Below are positions 21,577-32,432 of a stretch of DNA of 64,000 nt, piece after piece. How positions within the stretch are numbered: the first letter of the stretch is position 1; every line of letters starts with the position of its first letter. A program made the translations under genes and the position numbers. The DNA is taken from assembly GCA_039714975.1 (NCBI GenBank), contig JBDLIH010000001.1, forward strand, positions 34,756-98,755, written 5' to 3'. Below the pieces are notes generated by a model, which ran no database searches, was not told the DNA's origin, and saw only the letters and a list, made by a program, of their open reading frames with translations. The stretch comes from Pseudomonadota bacterium (GTDB taxonomy: Bacteria > Pseudomonadota > Gammaproteobacteria > UBA9214).

Positions 21577-23199
21577 ATGGTAACTGACAACAGTTTTGAT
21601 GTCCTGATTATTGGCAGCGGTGCGGCCGGACTCACCCTGGCACTGCACCTGCCCGGGTATATACAGGTTGCGGTACTGGCCAAGAGTGCCCTGAATGAAG
21701 GCAGTACGCTGTATGCACAGGGTGGCATTTCCGCCGTCACCCAGGCGACGGATACCTTCGAGTCCCATATTGCCGACACACTGGATGCGGGCGCCAGTCT
21801 CAACAACCCGGAAACCGTACGCTTTACCATCGAAAATGCACCGGCGGCGATCCGCTGGCTGGTCGAGCTGGGTGTGCCGTTTACCCGTGGCAGCGACACC
21901 GGCGACAGCTTTCACCTGACCCGTGAAGGTGGTCACTCCACCCGCCGGGTTTTACATGCGGACGACGCCACCGGACGCGCCATGGAAACCACCCTTGTGG
22001 ATGCAGCCCGCAGGCGCAGTAATATCACCCTGCTGGAACACCATATCGCCATTGATCTGATTACCGCAAAAAAACTGGGCCTGGCGCACAATCGCTGTGT
22101 CGGCGCCTATGTGCTGAATCGCAATCAACAGACGGTCGAGACTTTCACGGCCCGCAACGTGGTGCTGGCCACCGGCGGTGCCAGCAAGGTATACCTGTAC
22201 ACCAGCAACCCGGACACCTCCAGTGGTGATGGTATTGCCATGGCCTGGCGTGCCGGCTGCCGTGTCGCCAACATGGAATTCAACCAGTTTCACCCGACCT
22301 GCCTTTACCATCACAAGGCAAAGTCGTTCCTGGTCTCCGAGGCCGTCCGCGGTGAAGGCGGCCGCCTGCTATTACCCGACGGCACACCGTTCATGGAGCG
22401 TTTTGATGTACGCGGCAACCTGGCACCACGCGACATCGTCGCCCGCGCCATTGATCATGAAATGAAACGCCTCGGTGCCGAATACGTATTACTGGATATC
22501 AGTCACAAACCGGCACCGTTCATCAAGGAGCACTTTCCGACGATCTATGCCCGTTGCCGTGAACTCGGTTACGATATGGCAATGGAGCCGATTCCGGTGG
22601 TACCGGCCGCACACTACACCTGCGGGGGTGTTATAACCGACCTGAATGGCCAAACCGACCTGCCCGGCCTGTATGCCATTGGCGAAGTCGCCTGTACCGG
22701 CATGCACGGTGCCAACCGCATGGCAAGCAACTCACTGCTGGAATGCCTGGTGTTTGGTATCGCGGCCAGCGAACATATTGCCGCTTCTCTGGATAGCATC
22801 CCGGCACCTCCCACCCTGCCCCCGTGGGACGAATCACGGGTGCGTGACTCGGATGAGGAAGTGGTGGTCAGCCATAACTGGGACGAACTGCGCCGCTGTA
22901 TGTGGAACTACGTCGGCATTGTGCGGACCGACAAGCGCCTGCAACGCGCCTGGCGGCGTGTTGACCTGCTGCAGCAGGAAATCCAGGAATACTACAGTCA
23001 TTTCACAGTATCCAATGATTTACTGGAACTGCGCAACCTCGCGCAGGTGGCCGCGCTGATCATTCGCTCCGCACAGTTGCGCAAGGAAAGCCGCGGCCTG
23101 CATTTCACCCTCGACTACCCGGAAGCGGACACCAGCAAGCCACCGACCGACACCATACTTACACCGGAACAAGCGCAGGATATCGACCTGGCGGTGTAG
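21577..23199 (+). CDS. nadB: L-aspartate oxidase
   Basis: [20 protein letters not shown]-binding Rossmann and succinate dehydrogenase/fumarate reductase flavoprotein-like fold. Divergent from rpoE as in enterobacterial and pseudomonad synteny. 540 aa. Confidence 0.95.
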   Translation: MVTDNSFDVLIIGSGAAGLTLALHLPGYIQVAVLAKSALNEGSTLYAQGGISAVTQATDTFESHIADTLDAGASLNNPETVRFTIENAPAAIRWLVELGVPFTRGSDTGDSFHLTREGGHSTRRVLHADDATGRAMETTLVDAARRRSNITLLEHHIAIDLITAKKLGLAHNRCVGAYVLNRNQQTVETFTARNVVLATGGASKVYLYTSNPDTSSGDGIAMAWRAGCRVANMEFNQFHPTCLYHHKAKSFLVSEAVRGEGGRLLLPDGTPFMERFDVRGNLAPRDIVARAIDHEMKRLGAEYVLLDISHKPAPFIKEHFPTIYARCRELGYDMAMEPIPVVPAAHYTCGGVITDLNGQTDLPGLYAIGEVACTGMHGANRMASNSLLECLVFGIAASEHIAASLDSIPAPPTLPPWDESRVRDSDEEVVVSHNWDELRRCMWNYVGIVRTDKRLQRAWRRVDLLQQEIQEYYSHFTVSNDLLELRNLAQVAALIIRSAQLRKESRGLHFTLDYPEADTSKPPTDTILTPEQAQDIDLAV

Positions 23200-23221
23200 G
23201 CAGCAATCAAGGGGGACTTTC

Positions 23222-23338
23222 AAGCTGAGTGCCAGATTTATTATTAGCCACGAAACCCACGAAAGGACACGAAAGAATTCCCAGAAAGGATTTTATTTTT
23301 CTGTGTTTTCCGTGGATTCCGTGGCAAATGTTTTTTTC
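23222..23338. repeat. Palindromic intergenic repeat, copy A (CACGRAA-heptad family)
   Basis: AAGCTGAGTGCCAGATTTATTATTAGCCACGAAACCCACGAAAGGACACGAAAG...TTTTCCGTGGATTCCGTGGC. The left 55 nt is near-identical to copy D at 58735; the arms are inverted copies carrying three CACGRAA units at about 10 bp spacing. Between convergent nadB and acyP. Confidence 0.7.
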
Positions 23339-23343
23339 TTTAA

Positions 23344-23613
23344 TCAGGTAATCTCGAAGCAGCTATAGACGGACTCCTCCGGGCAGGTCTCGCACTGCAC
23401 ATCACTGACCGCTGCTTGCGGCGACCCTTTCCACAACCACTGTTGCAATAACTCGACTGCAGGCTGCGGTCCACAGACCGTGACAGCAACCTGCCCGTCC
23501 GGCAGATTAGACACCCGTCCGGTCAAACCCAGTGCCTGTGCCTGGTCACGTGTTGAAGCACGGAAGAAAACACCCTGTACACGACCGGATACAAAACAGC
23601 GGATACAGGGCAT
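23344..23613 (-). CDS. Acylphosphatase
   Basis: VSGRVQGVFFRASTRDQAQALGLTGRVSNLPDGQVAV: the two acylphosphatase signature regions. Start taken at MPCIRCFVSG (23613) for a roughly 90 aa protein; the track extension to 23694 is likely spurious. Confidence 0.75.
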   Translation of the reverse strand: MPCIRCFVSGRVQGVFFRASTRDQAQALGLTGRVSNLPDGQVAVTVCGPQPAVELLQQWLWKGSPQAAVSDVQCETCPEESVYSCFEIT

Positions 23614-23626
23614 GCGGGTACCAGGA

Positions 23627-24121
23627 TCAGCGGTCGGCAGACGCCGCAGTAGCCGCACCGGGAAACTGTTCCTTGCGTTCAATATATTTCTCAATCGCCT
23701 CCTGCGTCACAGGGCCTTCCTGGCGGGCCATGCGCTCGCCCTGCGGAGAAATGATATAGGTCGTTGGCAGCCCCATCACCGGACCAAGTTTGGTCACCGG
23801 CACCGGATCCATACGCACCACCGGGTAAGACATAAAGTGACTGTCAACAAACTCCTTCAGGTAATCATTGTTGACCTCTTCATAGTCAACGCCAAGCACC
23901 ACCAGCTTGTCACTGTTCTCTTCATGCAGGGACACCAGCTCGGGAATCTCATCAAGACAGGGCGGACACCAGGTCGCCCAGTAATTGACTATGACCCATT
24001 TACCACGAAAGTCCGAGAGCGAGACAGACTTGCCCTCAATATCCTGTGCAGTAAAATCCACTTCGTCCGCAACAGACGGCGCGACGGCAAACAGCGCCAT
24101 AATGAATACCAGTAATTGCAT
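23627..24121 (-). CDS. TlpA/ResA-family periplasmic thiol:disulfide oxidoreductase
   Basis: Signal peptide then VNYWATWCPPCLDEIPEL (WCPPC thioredoxin-fold active site). 164 aa. Confidence 0.85.
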   Translation of the reverse strand: MQLLVFIMALFAVAPSVADEVDFTAQDIEGKSVSLSDFRGKWVIVNYWATWCPPCLDEIPELVSLHEENSDKLVVLGVDYEEVNNDYLKEFVDSHFMSYPVVRMDPVPVTKLGPVMGLPTTYIISPQGERMARQEGPVTQEAIEKYIERKEQFPGAATAASADR

Positions 24122-24228
24122 GTGTGACTCCTTGATAAGGTTTTGGAGATTATACCCTCTTGCCGGCTTCTGCAGTTGAATTCAGTTACACTAACTAACG
24201 TGAACCCTGATTTGCCGGCAATATACGC

Positions 24229-25752
24229 ATGAGTACCATAAGCCAGGATGATTTCATCACCAGTATCTGCGACGCGTTGCAGTACATATCCTATTATCAC
24301 CCGCGGGACTTCATCCAGGCACTGCATGAGGCCTGGCAGCGCGAGGAATCACCGGCCGCACGCGATGCCATGGCACAGATACTGATTAACTCGCGCATGT
24401 GTGCCGAGGGCCACCGGCCCATCTGCCAGGATACCGGTATCGTCAATATTTTCCTTAAGGTGGGTATGGATGTTCACTGGGAATCCGATACCGGCATCGA
24501 TGACATGGTCAACGAGGCGGTCCGTCGCGCCTACCTGGACCCGGATAATCCGCTACGCGGCTCTATTGTCAGTGACCCGGCCGGCAAACGCATCAACACC
24601 GGTGACAACACCCCGGCTGTCATTCACAAGGACATCGTGCCCGGTAACAAGGTCGAGATCATTGTTGCCGCCAAGGGCGGCGGTTCTGAAAACAAGGCCC
24701 GTTTCGCCATCCTGAATCCCAGTGACGACATCGTCGAGTGGGTCTTGCAGCAAGTCCCCACCATGGGTGCAGGCTGGTGCCCGCCCGGCATCCTCGGCAT
24801 CGGCATTGGCGGTACCGCCGAGAAGGCCATGCTGCTGGCCAAGGAAGCGATCCTCGAACCCCTGGACATGCATAACTTGCAGAGACGCTGGCCGGAAAAC
24901 ACACGGGAAGAACTGCGCCTGGAAATTTTTGAAAAGGTGAATGCACTGGGTATAGGCGCCCAGGGGCTTGGCGGCCTGACCACCGTTCTCGACGTCAAGA
25001 TCAGGGACTACCCGACTCACGCCGCCTCCAAGCCGGTCGCCCTGATACCCAACTGCGCCGCCACCCGGCATGTACATTTCACGCTCGATGGCAGTGGTCC
25101 GGTTGACCTTGTGCCCCCACGACTGGAGGACTGGCCGGTAATCACACGCGAGACCAGTGCCAACACCCGACGGGTCCAACTGGATGACATCGATCCGGAA
25201 GCTGAACTGGACTGGCAGCCCGGTGATACCCTGCTCATCAGCGGCAAACTGCTCACCGGACGCGATGCCGCACACAAACGCATCATCAATTATCTCGATC
25301 GCGGTGAACCGCTGCCCAACGGGCTGGATTTCAGGGGACGTTTTATTTATTACGTCGGCCCGGTGGACCCGGTCGGTGACGAGGTCGTCGGGCCTGCCGG
25401 CCCGACCACGGCAACACGTATGGACAAATTCACTGACGAGTTGCTTGAAAAGACCGGGCTACTCGGCATGATCGGCAAGGCGGAACGCGGCCCCGAGGCC
25501 ATCAAGTCCATTGCCAGGCACAAGGCCGTCTATTTAATCGCCACCGGCGGTGCCGCCTACCTCGTGTCCAGGGCAATAAAAAAGGCACGCGTGATCGCCT
25601 TTCCCGAATTGGGCATGGAGGCCGTGTATGAATTTGAAGTCGAGGACATGCCAGTCACCGTCGCCGTCGATACCCGGGGTAATTCCATCCACGAGATCGG
25701 CCCACGGGAATGGAAAATGCGTATCGGTAATATACCGGTGGTCACTAAATAA
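24229..25752 (+). CDS. Class I fumarate hydratase (FumA/FumB type, Fe-S)
   Basis: 507 aa colinear with class I fumarase (CQDTGIVNIF... N-terminal catalytic region and C-terminal beta subunit-like domain). Confidence 0.92.
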   Translation: MSTISQDDFITSICDALQYISYYHPRDFIQALHEAWQREESPAARDAMAQILINSRMCAEGHRPICQDTGIVNIFLKVGMDVHWESDTGIDDMVNEAVRRAYLDPDNPLRGSIVSDPAGKRINTGDNTPAVIHKDIVPGNKVEIIVAAKGGGSENKARFAILNPSDDIVEWVLQQVPTMGAGWCPPGILGIGIGGTAEKAMLLAKEAILEPLDMHNLQRRWPENTREELRLEIFEKVNALGIGAQGLGGLTTVLDVKIRDYPTHAASKPVALIPNCAATRHVHFTLDGSGPVDLVPPRLEDWPVITRETSANTRRVQLDDIDPEAELDWQPGDTLLISGKLLTGRDAAHKRIINYLDRGEPLPNGLDFRGRFIYYVGPVDPVGDEVVGPAGPTTATRMDKFTDELLEKTGLLGMIGKAERGPEAIKSIARHKAVYLIATGGAAYLVSRAIKKARVIAFPELGMEAVYEFEVEDMPVTVAVDTRGNSIHEIGPREWKMRIGNIPVVTK

Positions 25753-25772
25753 ACGCTTACACGAGAAAAATC

Positions 25773-26126
25773 ATGACAGCTGACGTAACCATCTACTTCA
25801 ATCCAGAATGCAGCAAGTGCCGCCTGAGTATCGAAATCCTGGAAAAAGAAGGGCAGCACGCCGAGGTCATTGAATATCTCAGCACGCCACCGGATGCCGG
25901 GACACTGGAATCAATCCTCACCATGCTGGGTATGGAACCGCGTGACCTGATGCGTAAACATGAGCAGGAATACACCGAGACCGGGCTGGATAACCCGGAC
26001 CTGACACGCGAACAACTGATCAATGCCATGATCGACTATCCACGCCTGATTGAACGTCCCGTTGTTATTAAAAACGGCAAGGCAATAATCGGCAGGCCAC
26101 CGGAAAAAATACTGGATATTCTGTGA
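25773..26126 (+). CDS. ArsC/Spx-family (glutaredoxin-type arsenate reductase-like) protein
   Basis: IYFNPECSKCR N-terminal catalytic Cys context and overall ArsC-family length (117 aa). Confidence 0.75.
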   Translation: MTADVTIYFNPECSKCRLSIEILEKEGQHAEVIEYLSTPPDAGTLESILTMLGMEPRDLMRKHEQEYTETGLDNPDLTREQLINAMIDYPRLIERPVVIKNGKAIIGRPPEKILDIL

Positions 26127-26137
26127 GCACTGAGTGA

Positions 26138-26737
<600 letters not shown>

Positions 26738-26762
26738 CCTGCCAGACCTTACACAAACAGCC

Positions 26763-27164
26763 ATGCCCGGCAGCCGCTTTCTCTACGCACTGACCCTGTT
26801 CGGTTACTTCAGTACGCTGGCGCTATTGACTGCATGGTACAGCTGGCTGGCTCCGGCCACCCATTTCCCGGCGGCACTGGTGCTACTGATACTGGTTGCT
26901 CCCCTGCTGTTTCCCCTGCGTGGGCTGTTGCACGGCCGCAAGTACACCTTTGCCTGGAGTTGCTTCCTCGCCCTGCTCTATTTCACCCACGGCGTCATGG
27001 AGGCCTACAGTGATGAACTGACCAGCCCCCTGGGTTTGCTGGAAGTCACGTTCAGCTCCCTCTGGTTCCTGGGTGCCATGGGCTACATCAAGACTCGCCG
27101 ACAGGAAAGGGGGGTGGAAACTGATGACGACACGCGTCTCCATCCCCCTCGTCATCCAGACTAA
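26763..27164 (+). CDS. DUF2069 domain membrane protein
   Basis: ATG 26763 (M19 of track ORF). About 4 TM helices. Conserved partner immediately downstream of wrbA. Confidence 0.65.
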   Translation: MPGSRFLYALTLFGYFSTLALLTAWYSWLAPATHFPAALVLLILVAPLLFPLRGLLHGRKYTFAWSCFLALLYFTHGVMEAYSDELTSPLGLLEVTFSSLWFLGAMGYIKTRRQERGVETDDDTRLHPPRHPD

Positions 27165-27169
27165 TGCCG

Positions 27170-27691
27170 TTAGGCATCCCCGGGCTCGAGACTAAGGTAA
27201 CCAATACCTGCCGCGGCACCCAGTCCGGAATTGGCCTCGATCGCCAGCGGTTGGAGACTGATATTCTTATTCCCGCCACCAACAAGGATCGCTACACCGG
27301 TACCCACACCAACCGTTGCAGAGACCCGGCCACCCAGATAGGTGCCAGCCAGGCCATGGGCACCTGGATGTACATCAGATGAACCGCCGATGACCGCGTA
27401 GACAACATCCTCAGTGTGCTTCCAGTTCAGGTCGAGACCCAGGCCGATTCCGGCACGACCGCTATAGTGCTCACTACCTTCCGGATGCGAAAAGACACAA
27501 TCGACTCCGACGGTCGAGTTGACCAGATAGTATGCGTAGGTACCGGGGATTTTTTTACAGGTCAGCACGCCAATTTCCACACCGCCCGCCCCTTCTGCCA
27601 GCACCTCGCCAGTCAGTAAGGGTAGCGATGTGGCAAGTGCCATTATCACACCACCCGTCACAGCAGATAACTGCTTCTTTAACATATTCAT
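27170..27691 (-). CDS. Secreted Gly-rich hypothetical protein
   Basis: Start ATG 27691 (MNMLKK..., GGAGGG RBS 7 nt upstream). The track M1 at 27706 is actually TTG. Signal peptide, Gly-rich beta-like repeats (GAGGVEIGV..., GIGLGLDL..., VGVGTGVAILVGGG). Confidence 0.55.
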   Translation of the reverse strand: MNMLKKQLSAVTGGVIMALATSLPLLTGEVLAEGAGGVEIGVLTCKKIPGTYAYYLVNSTVGVDCVFSHPEGSEHYSGRAGIGLGLDLNWKHTEDVVYAVIGGSSDVHPGAHGLAGTYLGGRVSATVGVGTGVAILVGGGNKNISLQPLAIEANSGLGAAAGIGYLSLEPGDA

Positions 27692-27894
27692 GATACTGCC
27701 CTCCAATCGTACACATAACAGTTGGAGTCCGGAAGAAAACCATGGTTCTGTAATTACACTTGATTATTGTGTGAACAAATTGCTGTTAAAGCTGTCGCAC
27801 AAAGGTAGATATTTCTGTATATCTTCCCCATGCGCAAGGTAATTATCTATACTAGGCACCCGAAGCAATCCAGCAATAACAAGAGCCGCGTCCC

Positions 27895-28773
27895 GTGTAT
27901 CTACAGCATGCTTCTGCAATCACCCGTATCACCCTGATACCGCTACTGCTTGCCCTTGCGCTGGCTTCCGGTTGTTCAAGCATGGTCGCCAGGGCTACCG
28001 GCAACCTCTCGGACAGCCTGTCTCGGGCGGTACTGAACCAGAATGACCCGGAGACGGTCCGCCAGGGTGCACCGACCTTTCTGCTGATGCTCGACGGTTT
28101 TATCAATGATGATCCGGACAACCAGGCACTGTTATTGTCCGGGTCCCGGTTGTACGGGGCCTATGCGTCTGCATTTGTTGATAACGAGGAGCGTCAACGT
28201 CGTCTGGCAAACAAGGCATTTCACTATGGCCGTCGTGCGGTCTGTGTTTCGCATAATGATTTTTGTGCTGTCATCGACAAGCCCTTTGTAACATTCAAGG
28301 AACATGTGACTGATTTCAACACGGGTGATGTCCCCTTGTTGTTCGGTTTTGCATCTGCCTGGGCGACCTGGATACAGGCTAACAGTGATGACTGGAATGC
28401 CACCATCCAGTTACCCAAAGTTGCCGCACTTATGGACCGCGTCATCGAACTTGACGAAACCTACAACCATGGCAACGCCCACTTGTACATGGGTGTGCTG
28501 ACTACGCAACTGCCACCGGAATACGGGGGCAAGCCGGAGGTCGGAAGGCAACATTTCGAACGTGCCAACGAATTGTCAGCCGGACACAACCTGATGGTGA
28601 ATGTGCTGTTTGCGAAATACTATGCACGGCTGGTATTCAATCAGGAGCTGCATGACAAGCTCCTGAATGAGGTACTTGCCAGTAACACGGAGGCGCCCGA
28701 GTTGACACTGAGCAACGTACTGGCACAACAGCAGGCAAGGGAACTACTGGAAGACAGTCATGATTTTTTCTAG
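27895..28773 (+). CDS. TRAP transporter TatT component (TPR-like lipoprotein)
   Basis: GTG start. Lipobox LALASGC. Helical TPR-like protein of the TatT family placed upstream of dctPQM, the TPAT-type arrangement. Confidence 0.75.
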   Translation: MYLQHASAITRITLIPLLLALALASGCSSMVARATGNLSDSLSRAVLNQNDPETVRQGAPTFLLMLDGFINDDPDNQALLLSGSRLYGAYASAFVDNEERQRRLANKAFHYGRRAVCVSHNDFCAVIDKPFVTFKEHVTDFNTGDVPLLFGFASAWATWIQANSDDWNATIQLPKVAALMDRVIELDETYNHGNAHLYMGVLTTQLPPEYGGKPEVGRQHFERANELSAGHNLMVNVLFAKYYARLVFNQELHDKLLNEVLASNTEAPELTLSNVLAQQQARELLEDSHDFF

Positions 28774-29788
28774 CCGCATGCGTGGAAATCCAGGATTGAT
28801 ACTCACGATTTGTGCTGCACTGCTGCTGACACTGTCAGCAGCAGTCGATGCCATCACACTGAAGGTTGCCACGCTGGCACCGGAGGGTACCTCGTGGATG
28901 AAACAGATGCGCAAGGGGGCCAGTGAAATCAGCGAGAAAACCGATGGCCGGGTGAAAATAAAGTTCTACCCTGGCGGCGTCATGGGCAACACCAGCACCG
29001 TATTGCAGAAAATGCGAGTTGGCCAGTTGCAGGGCGGTGCCTTTACCGGGGCAAGTCTGTCACAGGTTTATCCCGATGCACAGCTATACAGCCTGCCCAT
29101 GGTGTTTCACTCCCATGAAGAAGTTGCCTATGTGCGGCAGCGAATGGATGACACATTGATAAAGGGCCTGGCAGACAAGGGAATGGTCGTACTTGGAATC
29201 AGTGATGGAGGTTTTGCCTACATCATGTGCAAGAAACCATTACGCCGGCTTGGTGACCTGAAGGGTCAGAAGGTATGGATGCCCGAGGGCGACGTCCTGA
29301 CCGAAGCAATGTTTGAATCGGCGGGTGTTTCACCGATACCCTTGCCGGTTGCGGATGTCTATACAGGTCTGCAAACCGGACTGCTGGATACGGTGGCCGG
29401 TGTGCCAACCGGCATTGTTGCCTTCCAGTGGTATACCAGTGTCACCCACCTGACCGATGTTCCCCTGATGTTTCTGTCCGGCATGTTTGCCGTTGACAGC
29501 AAGGCCTTCAAACGCATCAAGCCAGGCGACCAGAAAATCGTCAGGAAGGTCATGGGACGCATTTTCAAGGATCTCGATGCAGTGAACCGGGCCGATAATG
29601 AATCGGCCAGATCGGCGCTACAGAGCCAGGGAATAGAATTTGTTCACCCTAACAGGGCTGAACGGGACAACTGGGAATCAATCGCAAAACAGGGGCGTGA
29701 ACGAATGGTCAGCCGGGCAAAATATACACCGGCACTGGTCGACAGGATGCTTGGCTATATCCGGGAATATCGCACACAGCAACAGTGA
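28760..29788 (+). CDS. TRAP transporter substrate-binding protein (DctP/TatP family)
   Basis: Signal peptide, DctP-family fold (KIKFYPGG...GQLQGG...). 342 aa. Confidence 0.88.
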   Translation: MIFSSRMRGNPGLILTICAALLLTLSAAVDAITLKVATLAPEGTSWMKQMRKGASEISEKTDGRVKIKFYPGGVMGNTSTVLQKMRVGQLQGGAFTGASLSQVYPDAQLYSLPMVFHSHEEVAYVRQRMDDTLIKGLADKGMVVLGISDGGFAYIMCKKPLRRLGDLKGQKVWMPEGDVLTEAMFESAGVSPIPLPVADVYTGLQTGLLDTVAGVPTGIVAFQWYTSVTHLTDVPLMFLSGMFAVDSKAFKRIKPGDQKIVRKVMGRIFKDLDAVNRADNESARSALQSQGIEFVHPNRAERDNWESIAKQGRERMVSRAKYTPALVDRMLGYIREYRTQQQ

Positions 29789-30288
29789 GTGAAGACGACA
29801 AAACCGCATCACCTCCAGCACCGCTATGGCTTCGGTGGCTGCATAACATGGAAGATGGCCTGCTGGGTCTGATCCTTTTTACCATGGTCGTCCTGGCAAG
29901 CAGCCAGGTCATCATGCGCAACCTCTTTGACAGCGGCTTCTCCTGGGGTGACCCCCTGTTACGACTGCTGGTGCTGTGGCTGGGGTTGATGGGTGCCATG
30001 GTGGCCACCCGGCTGGACCGGCACCTCACGGTGGACGCACTGTTGCGCGTGCTGCCACCTGCCCTGCAGCGCATCACCCGATTCATGACAAAGCTGGCCA
30101 CGGCCGCTGTGTGCGCACTGCTGGCCTGGCATTCGGCACGCCTGGTCGCCATTGACTATGAATACCAGAGCCTGGTGATTGGCTCCATACCGGCCTGGAT
30201 CGGTGACCTGATCCTGCCCATCGCCTTTACGGTTATGACCCTACGCCTCGTACTGCAGGCAATCATGCTGTTCAGGGCACGCACATGA
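29785..30288 (+). CDS. TRAP transporter small permease (DctQ family)
   Basis: 167 aa with 4 TM. Overlaps neighbours by 4 nt on each side. Confidence 0.85.
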   Translation: MSEDDKTASPPAPLWLRWLHNMEDGLLGLILFTMVVLASSQVIMRNLFDSGFSWGDPLLRLLVLWLGLMGAMVATRLDRHLTVDALLRVLPPALQRITRFMTKLATAAVCALLAWHSARLVAIDYEYQSLVIGSIPAWIGDLILPIAFTVMTLRLVLQAIMLFRART

Positions 30289-31568
30289 TTGCCTCCAGTC
30301 TCATCCTGATCGGGTTGGCGCTGCTGGGCATGCCGCTGTTTGCTGTCATTGCAGCCGGAGCCTTGTATGGCTTCCATACCGAGGAGATTGACCTTGCCGT
30401 TGTCGCCATCGAAATCAACCGCCTGGCCACCATTCCCGTGCTACTGTCCATTCCGCTGTTTACCTTTGCCGGCTACATGCTGGGTGAAAGCAATGCGCCG
30501 CAACGGCTGGTACGCGTAACCAACGCATTTCTGGGCTGGTTCCCCGGCGGACTGGCCGTGGTGGCCATCATGGCCTGTGGCATGTTTACCGCCTTTACCG
30601 GTGCCTCCGGGGTGACCATTGTTGCACTGGGGGCATTGCTCTATCCGGCCCTGAAGGAAGCCCGCTATCCGAACAATTTCAATCTGGGCCTCATTACAAC
30701 CTCCGGCAGCCTCGGCATTCTGTTTGCCCCCTCACTGCCACTCATCCTCTACGCTGTCGTGGCACAACAATTGTCACTCGACCAGCCGATCAGCATTGAC
30801 GACCTGTTTCTAGCGGGCATCTTCCCTGGCCTGCTGATGCTTGCGGTGCTCGCTGCATGGGCCATGCTGGTACGCAAACGCAGTGACAACGATGCGACGA
30901 CCACGTCTTTCACTGCCAGGGAATGTGGCCTGGCACTCAGGGAAGCGATCTGGGAAATCCCTTTCCCGTTCCTGCTGCTGGGCAGTATCTATACCGGGCT
31001 GCTGGCCGTATCCGAGGCCGCTGCCTTGACCGTGGTCTACGTATTCGTCGTCGAGGTACTGATCTACCGCGAGATCCCGTTGCGCAATCTGGCACGCATC
31101 ACCCGGGAGGCCATGGTCATGGTCGGCGGGATACTGATCATACTGGGTGTATCACTCGCCTCGACCAACTATATTATTGATATTGAACTGCCCGCGCAGC
31201 TGTTCGAAACCATCCGTGAAAACATCGACAGCCGCTGGACCTTCCTGCTGTTACTGAACATCTTTCTCCTTGGCGTCGGTATGATGCTGGACATCTTCTC
31301 GGCACTGGTCATCCTGGTGCCGCTGCTGGTACCGGTTGCCCTGAGCTACGGCATCCATCCCGTGCACCTGGGCATCCTGTTTCTGGCCAATATGCAGCTG
31401 GGTTACTTCACCCCGCCGGTGGGTCTGAACCTGTTCATCGCCAGCTATCGATTCAATCGCCCGATCCTGGAATTGTATAAAGCCACATTGCCGTTCTTTT
31501 TCCTGTTACTCGGCGCGGTACTGATCATCACCTACTGGCCACAATTGAGCCTGTTTCTGATTACTTAA
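30285..31568 (+). CDS. TRAP transporter large permease (DctM family)
   Basis: 427 aa polytopic membrane protein with DctM-family motifs (GASGVTIVALGALLYP..., GILFLANMQLGYFTPPVGLNLF). Confidence 0.9.
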   Translation: MIASSLILIGLALLGMPLFAVIAAGALYGFHTEEIDLAVVAIEINRLATIPVLLSIPLFTFAGYMLGESNAPQRLVRVTNAFLGWFPGGLAVVAIMACGMFTAFTGASGVTIVALGALLYPALKEARYPNNFNLGLITTSGSLGILFAPSLPLILYAVVAQQLSLDQPISIDDLFLAGIFPGLLMLAVLAAWAMLVRKRSDNDATTTSFTARECGLALREAIWEIPFPFLLLGSIYTGLLAVSEAAALTVVYVFVVEVLIYREIPLRNLARITREAMVMVGGILIILGVSLASTNYIIDIELPAQLFETIRENIDSRWTFLLLLNIFLLGVGMMLDIFSALVILVPLLVPVALSYGIHPVHLGILFLANMQLGYFTPPVGLNLFIASYRFNRPILELYKATLPFFFLLLGAVLIITYWPQLSLFLIT

Positions 31569-31695
31569 TCTGGTCCTGCGCCCGCTTAGTCAACAAGGCT
31601 GCGGATAGCATCTACAGAACATGTAGAAGGCCCCGAATTGTACTGGGGACCACAGGAGGGTGTCACCGCCTGATGGTAGAGGAATGGCCACCACA

Positions 31696-32130
31696 TCATG
31701 GGACTGCTGTTCCGGAAATTACTTGCGCAGCGAGATCAAAAGTATAAACTCCGTTGAGTACCTCGCCTTTTCCCACCGTATAAAACTTCGCTTTATTAAT
31801 GATCAATGCATCAGAAAAATCAGCCTCTTTCTTTTTATTACCGACCTTGACCGGTGTTGCTTGTCGATAATCGTTCAAGGCCCGCCACACCGTTTGCCCG
31901 TCCTCAAAACAAATATTAGGTTCTTCGAATAGCGAATGAAGCACATCGATCATCGCTGTTTTGTCTAACTTGTATTTTTTCCCTTTGAGTGTCCACAGGG
32001 TTTCAACCAGCACCACATCTGTTATCAACACAGGTGTAGAGCCATTAATCAACCTGTCAGCCTTTGCTGCTTGCCTTTTGTCATCCCATAGCAGGTAACG
32101 AAGCAATACATTGGTATCGACTGCAATCAT
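31696..32130 (-). CDS. vapC: PIN-domain toxin VapC
   Basis: MIAVDTNVLLRYLL...FSDALIIN: PIN acidic residues D5, E, D in place. 144 aa, 9 nt downstream of the antitoxin gene. Confidence 0.85.
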   Translation of the reverse strand: MIAVDTNVLLRYLLWDDKRQAAKADRLINGSTPVLITDVVLVETLWTLKGKKYKLDKTAMIDVLHSLFEEPNICFEDGQTVWRALNDYRQATPVKVGNKKKEADFSDALIINKAKFYTVGKGEVLNGVYTFDLAAQVISGTAVP

Positions 32131-32139
32131 ACCTATCTC

Positions 32140-32355
32140 CTAGTCCAGGACACTCTGTAGAGATGCTTCGTCGCTTACTGAGGTGTCAGCCTTGACATGT
32201 TTGAGAATCCCCTTGGCTGCACCGGGGATCTTTTTGACAATAGTGATATGACCATCAGCAACAAAGCTCTGGTACTCATCACCGGGTTCGATACCGACTT
32301 GCTGGCATTGATCAACAGGCAATGTGATTTGTCTTTTAGAACTGACTTTTGGCAT
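32140..32355 (-). CDS. vapB: AbrB/MazE/SpoVT-family antitoxin (VapB)
   Basis: MPKVSSKRQITLPVDQCQQVGIEPGDE: swapped-hairpin AbrB-like DNA-binding fold. 71 aa. Confidence 0.8.
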   Translation of the reverse strand: MPKVSSKRQITLPVDQCQQVGIEPGDEYQSFVADGHITIVKKIPGAAKGILKHVKADTSVSDEASLQSVLD

Positions 32356-32359
32356 GTTC

Positions 32360-32432
32360 CCACCCTCTTTACTATTAAGCTATTAGTAAAGAATAGCAAC
32401 GTCTTTACTATAATTCAATATGTAAAGATCTG
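32360..32432 (-). promoter_or_regulatory. Putative vapBC promoter/operator
   Basis: Upstream of vapB: TCTTTACTA at 32366 and 32402 (direct), its reverse complement TAGTAAAGA at 32384, and a TATAAT-containing stretch. This palindromic and direct repeat layout is typical of TA autoregulation. Confidence 0.45.

Noticed and set aside
23614-23694. N-terminal extension MRNILNARNS… of the acylphosphatase ORF
   Set aside because: Acylphosphatases are about 90 aa; the homology starts at MPCIRCFVSGRVQG, and the extension overlaps the TlpA-like gene's 3' end.
24553-25275. 240 aa minus-strand ORF inside fumA
   Set aside because: Shadow ORF of class I fumarase; no motifs.
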